Below are positions 59,534-64,000 of a DNA stretch of 64,000 bases, piece by piece; within the stretch, counting starts at the first letter, position 1; each line of letters opens with the position of its first letter. Both the position numbers and the translations under genes were made by a program. The notes under the pieces are model-generated. The model searched no databases, was not told the DNA's origin, and saw nothing but the letters and a program-made list of their open reading frames with translations. This stretch comes from Promethearchaeota archaeon. Lineage in GTDB: Archaea > Asgardarchaeota > Lokiarchaeia > Sigyniarchaeales > SOKP01. Location of the stretch: positions 64,001 through 128,000 of the forward strand of contig JALGVJ010000001.1 of assembly GCA_029838195.1 (NCBI GenBank), in the 5' to 3' direction.

Positions 59534-60451
59534 TTAATCTAATTCAATGAATTGAATTTCAACTCGTTTTTTGATTCCCATTTTTTTAGCCATGCCCCTA
59601 ACATATCGTCTTGTCAAGGATTTCGATAATTCCATGAACATGACCGTGGGTAAGATGGAAATGGTTATTAAAAAAATTAACGGAAAGAAAATCATGGAAT
59701 TTACTACAATATAAAGGAAATGAGAGGTAGTAATTTCCCGATTAGTAGGTACCAAGATTCTAAAAAAGTTTAGAACCAATAAATAGTAAGAGAAAATAGT
59801 GCTTATACCCGCATAGCCCTTGAGGAAATAATAGTAGTAATTTCCTAGCGTTCTTGCTTCTAATGGCTCATCTTTATTGTTTTCCAAGATTCTACTTTTA
59901 TTGGAATAGACGATCCCGGCATCTAACAAGTACCACACGGGAGTGAATAGCGCCATGGATATTGCAATCATTGGCGTTAACAAAATGAAAAATGTAAATA
60001 AATAGATCGTGATGCTCCTCATTATTGGGTCGGGTATCACGATGAATTGATCAATATTTAATACGAGGGAAATCATGTTTTCATTGGAGGCAAAAAATAG
60101 TGAAAAGTTAATGGCCATTAAAGAAGGAAAAAACCCTCTAAAATATTTATTGAATTTATCAGATGACTTTACTTCTTCGATGCCATATTTCAAATTACGT
60201 CCTATAATCTTTTTATGGAAAAAAATATATAATGGTAAAATAATATGGCTAAGAATGGAAGTTCCAATGAAGGCTGCTAATGGCCAAAATACCACATAAA
60301 TTAAAATCAATTCAATTGCACCCTTTCCAAAAACTAACGGAGAGATATTTCTTCCGGCAAAAGGGGGTAATACGATTAAGAAAAAGAAAATAAAGAAAAT
60401 CTCATAAGCGATAAAGACAATCAGTGGTTTAATAAATTTTGAACGCATCAC
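59534..60451 (-). CDS. Hypothetical multi-pass membrane protein
   Basis: About 6 TM. Confidence 0.7.
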   Translation of the reverse strand: MMRSKFIKPLIVFIAYEIFFIFFFLIVLPPFAGRNISPLVFGKGAIELILIYVVFWPLAAFIGTSILSHIILPLYIFFHKKIIGRNLKYGIEEVKSSDKFNKYFRGFFPSLMAINFSLFFASNENMISLVLNIDQFIVIPDPIMRSITIYLFTFFILLTPMIAISMALFTPVWYLLDAGIVYSNKSRILENNKDEPLEARTLGNYYYYFLKGYAGISTIFSYYLLVLNFFRILVPTNREITTSHFLYIVVNSMIFFPLIFLITISILPTVMFMELSKSLTRRYVRGMAKKMGIKKRVEIQFIELD

Positions 60452-60555
60452 TTTCTCTCACGTTTATTTTTTTAATACAACATGTTTTTCTATTACATGG
60501 TCTTCATGATTTATAAATTTATGGTAATCATGAGGAGATCATTCCCATCACTCTT

Positions 60556-61386
60556 TTATTTTTCTCCTTTTGAACCAAACTTAATTAGCTGTGTTTCAAA
60601 TAAAAAAGGACTTTTCAATACTAAAAAGAGGAATATAAATTCAATAGAGAAAAAAATAATAATTCTTGTATCATTTGTGGTAAAGACTCGAATGGATTCA
60701 AAAAAAAATAGTAAAGCAAGTGTTATTAAAATGATTGACAAATAAGGATGGAGCAAAATGATGATCGCCAGTAATATAAGATATATAATAACCACGACAG
60801 CATTACTCATCGAAAATTTCAGAATTTCTACGATTTCAATAATTCCAATTAAGAAAATAAGGAGAAAAGGTAAGATCAAGGTTCGAACATCCTTTAATTT
60901 TCTTGTAATCAAAAGATAAATGCTGAAAAATAAAAGAGTGGTATAAAACCAACCCGCAAGGAGATCAGAAGCCGCATAACTAGAAGTTTCGAAAAAAACT
61001 TCCCACCATCCCATGTACATCGCCAAGGTTTCAATGGAAAAGCATATTACTGATGAAAAAATGGAACATGCCATCATTAATCGTAAATAATCTTGATGAG
61101 TTTTAATAAGAATTAATTTTGAACAGAGAGCATGTCCCAAGTAAAATGTAAAAATCCAACCAAAAATAATAGTAAGAGGAACATCAGCCACTCGCAAGGG
61201 CATTTGTCCAAAAGAATAATTTTTAAACCAAGTCCTATAGATTATTTCTCTAATTAATCCGAAAAGAAATCCGAATCCAAAGAAAAGCGTGGTCTCTCTC
61301 ATGCCTTGCTTTTTTAATGAATGAATGATTAAAAAGATAAATGCAATTAATACTGAAAACATGAATACTTGAAAACTATATTCCAT
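60556..61386 (-). CDS. Membrane protein, CruF/DUF422-like
   Basis: E..Y.F..VPLTIIFGW..E..A..GWW..GWF pattern. Confidence 0.55.
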   Translation of the reverse strand: MEYSFQVFMFSVLIAFIFLIIHSLKKQGMRETTLFFGFGFLFGLIREIIYRTWFKNYSFGQMPLRVADVPLTIIFGWIFTFYLGHALCSKLILIKTHQDYLRLMMACSIFSSVICFSIETLAMYMGWWEVFFETSSYAASDLLAGWFYTTLLFFSIYLLITRKLKDVRTLILPFLLIFLIGIIEIVEILKFSMSNAVVVIIYLILLAIIILLHPYLSIILITLALLFFFESIRVFTTNDTRIIIFFSIEFIFLFLVLKSPFLFETQLIKFGSKGEK

Positions 61387-61561
61387 TATCCTCTTTCCCC
61401 CATTTTCTCATTTGGTAAAAAAAGTATATTATAAGGAAAATTATTAACGGAATTAACGAAATAACGATCTCAATAGCACGGGTGAGTATAAATGCAAACA
61501 TGAAGACTCCAAAATAAATAATAAGAACAAAATAGATGAAAATATCGGAATTTTCGTTCAT
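61376..61561 (-). CDS. Small 2-TM protein
   Basis: Overlaps the start of the downstream gene; two hydrophobic helices. Confidence 0.55.
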   Translation of the reverse strand: MNENSDIFIYFVLIIYFGVFMFAFILTRAIEIVISLIPLIIFLIIYFFYQMRKWGKEDNGI

Positions 61562-61889
61562 TCAATTTCCCTTTTAAGAATCATTTGGTATTTAATTATT
61601 ATAAAGTGACGTTTTTTTAATTAATTTTTTTAATCATTTTGCACGTACCAATTTTCAGGCTTTAAAGTATTTTCTTTCAAGAATCCATTTAGAAGAAGAT
61701 CTGGATAAACTTAATATATTCTTAAAATGGTCTTATAACGAATGAAAATTAAAATTTTAAATTAAGAAGACTTAAACTAGAATCTTTTAGCTTTAATTCA
61801 ATTAAGATGAAGTCTATAAATACAATTCCTTTTTTTCATAATAATAAAAAAGGAATGAAATGGTTATGGGATTAAAAATAGTTTATTTC

Positions 61890-62093
61890 TTATCCAATAT
61901 TAATGGAATTCTCTTCTCCTTCAGCAGAAGCGCCATACATCGTATAGGAATCTTGAATTTCCGAAAAATCTAGGGTTATTAGAGTATGACCCGCATGGTT
62001 GCGTTCAAACTCTTTGATAAGAAATAAATTTTGAGGGTCATTTGGCCTGACTAAAACGTATTCCTTGCATTTAATACATGCCCTTGCTCTCAT
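61890..62093 (-). CDS. Small C2H2-type Zn-binding protein
   Basis: CIKC..FERNHAGH; SD GGAGG. Confidence 0.7.
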   Translation of the reverse strand: MRARACIKCKEYVLVRPNDPQNLFLIKEFERNHAGHTLITLDFSEIQDSYTMYGASAEGEENSINIG

Positions 62094-62347
62094 TTTTTCC
62101 CTCCTTTATGTTATATCTTTTTAGAAGATTAAAATATATTTTTTTATATAGCTTTAATTTGTAAGAAATGCCCCTATTTTTTATGCATGTAAAAATCGAG
62201 TCATGAGCTTCTAAAAGAAATTAAAACATATAAGAATAAATAATTTTTCCTTTTAAATTATTTCTTAATTTAAGTATTCACAGATTCTTGATTTCTTTTT
62301 TTCTTTTCTTTAATTATTGCTTTTTTATATAGAACTTTATTTAGAAG

Positions 62348-63784
62348 TTATGATTTTAAGGAAATTAACTTCAATTTTTTTCCTTCATCTTCCAATTTAG
62401 CTTGGAATTCCGTACTAAAACAACTTTTACATGTTAATTCTTTTTTTATTCCCAAGGATTGACTTAATCCTTGCAAGGTTTGGAATTTTAAAGAATCTGC
62501 TCCAATATATTTTCGTATTTCTTCAACATAATTTTTAACATTCATTTCTCTCATTCTACAAGCAATTAACAAGTTTCTATCGGAAAAGCTATCATTTTTC
62601 TCACAATTGTTAATGATTGGGGGAGCGCTAACTCTCACATGAACGGATTTTACACCTGCTGCTTTTAACATGGAGATGATCTCTTTTATCGTTTTTCCAC
62701 TTAAAATAGAATCATCAATTAGAATCACGTTTTTATTCCTCACAACATTTTTTATCACGTTTAATTTTTCTCTTAAATCATCAATTTTAAGCTTCCAAAC
62801 ATATCTATTCTTTATTAGACCTTCTTGATAGGGCAATTGAGCCTCCCAAGCATAGCCCATAGCAGCAGAGCGGCCAGAATCCGGCACGGGAACCACGATG
62901 GTATCTTCAAGGTCAAAAAAATCATTTTTCGCCAGCGATTTTCCAAGACGATATCGAACGTCGGCAATGGATATGCCCTCCATGATAGAATCTGGACGAG
63001 CGAAATAAATATACTCGAATAAACATGGTAATGTATTCTTAGATTTTGTTATTTGAAACGAAGATATTCCTGAAACAGGATTGATTTTTATCACTTCTCC
63101 GGGCTTGACATCTGCAATTAAACTTGCCCCTAACACGTCTAAAGCGCAAGATTCTGATGCAACGATGTAAAATTTTTTGCTTTCCAATGAAAGAATTCCA
63201 TGACAGAGTGGTTTATATCCTCCTGGGTCTCTAAAGCAGTATATATTTCCATCATTATTTAATAAAACGCCTGAATATGCTCCTTCTAAAACTTCAAAGA
63301 TTATTTTAAAGGTATCAATCATATTTTTCTTTTCATTAAATCCATAAAAAGTATCAATGAGTGTCGCTATTAATTCCACATCACTATTTCCAGTAATAAT
63401 TTTTCCCATGTCACGTAATTTTTTAATGATCGCCTCACGATTTGAAATAGTGCCATTAATTGCTATTGAAAAATCATTTTCTACGGAAGAAAAATGAAAG
63501 GGTTGAGCATCTTCTAAGGAGGTAATCCCCCTTGTTCCGTAATTCACGTGTCCAATACCGATATTTCCGGAAAATTCTTTCAATTTTTTGGGATGTAAAA
63601 CTTTTGAAACAATACCTCGGTTTTTATAAGTAAATATTTTTTCATTACAATAGGTTGAAATGCCGGTAAATAATTGACCACGATGCTGCAAGGCCATGAG
63701 TCCGTTATAAATCATGCCTGCTACGGAATAGCTGAAATCATTACAAGTTATTCCAAAAACTCCACAAGATTCTCTTTTTTCCAT
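62348..63784 (-). CDS. purF: Amidophosphoribosyltransferase homolog, divergent
   Basis: ESCGVFG, QHRGQ, CLFEYIYFARPDS, VPDSG, DDSI, CKSC. Confidence 0.85.
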   Translation of the reverse strand: MEKRESCGVFGITCNDFSYSVAGMIYNGLMALQHRGQLFTGISTYCNEKIFTYKNRGIVSKVLHPKKLKEFSGNIGIGHVNYGTRGITSLEDAQPFHFSSVENDFSIAINGTISNREAIIKKLRDMGKIITGNSDVELIATLIDTFYGFNEKKNMIDTFKIIFEVLEGAYSGVLLNNDGNIYCFRDPGGYKPLCHGILSLESKKFYIVASESCALDVLGASLIADVKPGEVIKINPVSGISSFQITKSKNTLPCLFEYIYFARPDSIMEGISIADVRYRLGKSLAKNDFFDLEDTIVVPVPDSGRSAAMGYAWEAQLPYQEGLIKNRYVWKLKIDDLREKLNVIKNVVRNKNVILIDDSILSGKTIKEIISMLKAAGVKSVHVRVSAPPIINNCEKNDSFSDRNLLIACRMREMNVKNYVEEIRKYIGADSLKFQTLQGLSQSLGIKKELTCKSCFSTEFQAKLEDEGKKLKLISLKS

Positions 63785-63824
63785 TTTTTAACGATACCTT
63801 GATTGAGTATTTTAACGTGTTTAT

Positions 63825-64000
63825 TTAAATATCCATGATTTCATGAAGAGTAGACTCATGGAGATGCTTCATTTTTAATACATCCAATTCAATTTCCTTT
63901 CTTTTTTTAAGCCCTTTTATTAGGATTCGGGGCTCCGAAATGATTGAACCAATTCGCATGATTGGAACCCCGTGATCTTGAGCCATCTGCGCGATCTCCT
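63825..64000 (-). CDS. purL: C-terminus of probable PurL (partial)
   Basis: ..GVPIMRIGSI..IELDVLKMKHLHESTLHEIMDI*, directly upstream of purF. Confidence 0.6.
   Translation of the reverse strand, partial: EIAQMAQDHGVPIMRIGSIISEPRILIKGLKKRKEIELDVLKMKHLHESTLHEIMDI

Overview
AT-rich archaeal DNA, very likely from an Asgard archaeon (Lokiarchaeia-like). This is inferred from archaeal uS13/uS4/uS11, an archaeal histone, TrmB, GGTGA/GGAGG Shine-Dalgarno sites, a Rab-like GTPase, a longin-like protein and UGA-recoded selenoprotein genes. I saw no rRNA, tRNA, CRISPR array or transposase. The best-supported signal missed by the ORF track is a selenoprotein operon: hdrA (two in-frame UGA at conserved Cys positions), mvhD (one UGA) and an FrhB/FdhB-family gene, with two candidate cis-RNA (SECIS) structures. 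Next to it lies a non-pyrrolysine MttB x2 / corrinoid protein / Met-gamma-lyase-like / transporter cluster, suggesting an undescribed demethylation pathway. Other items of note: two stand-alone 7TM proteins each placed beside Rab, DENN-like or longin genes; a large disordered protein ending in a TSG101-like steadiness box; a Lys-tailed variant histone; a MenT1-like toxin with an unannotated partner; a CdrS-like small RHH gene; PadR operator repeats with a possible ACG start; structured intergenic elements; and a window-wide excess of CRYG (CATG/CACG/CGTG) motifs. All family assignments come from motif recognition by eye and no searches were run.
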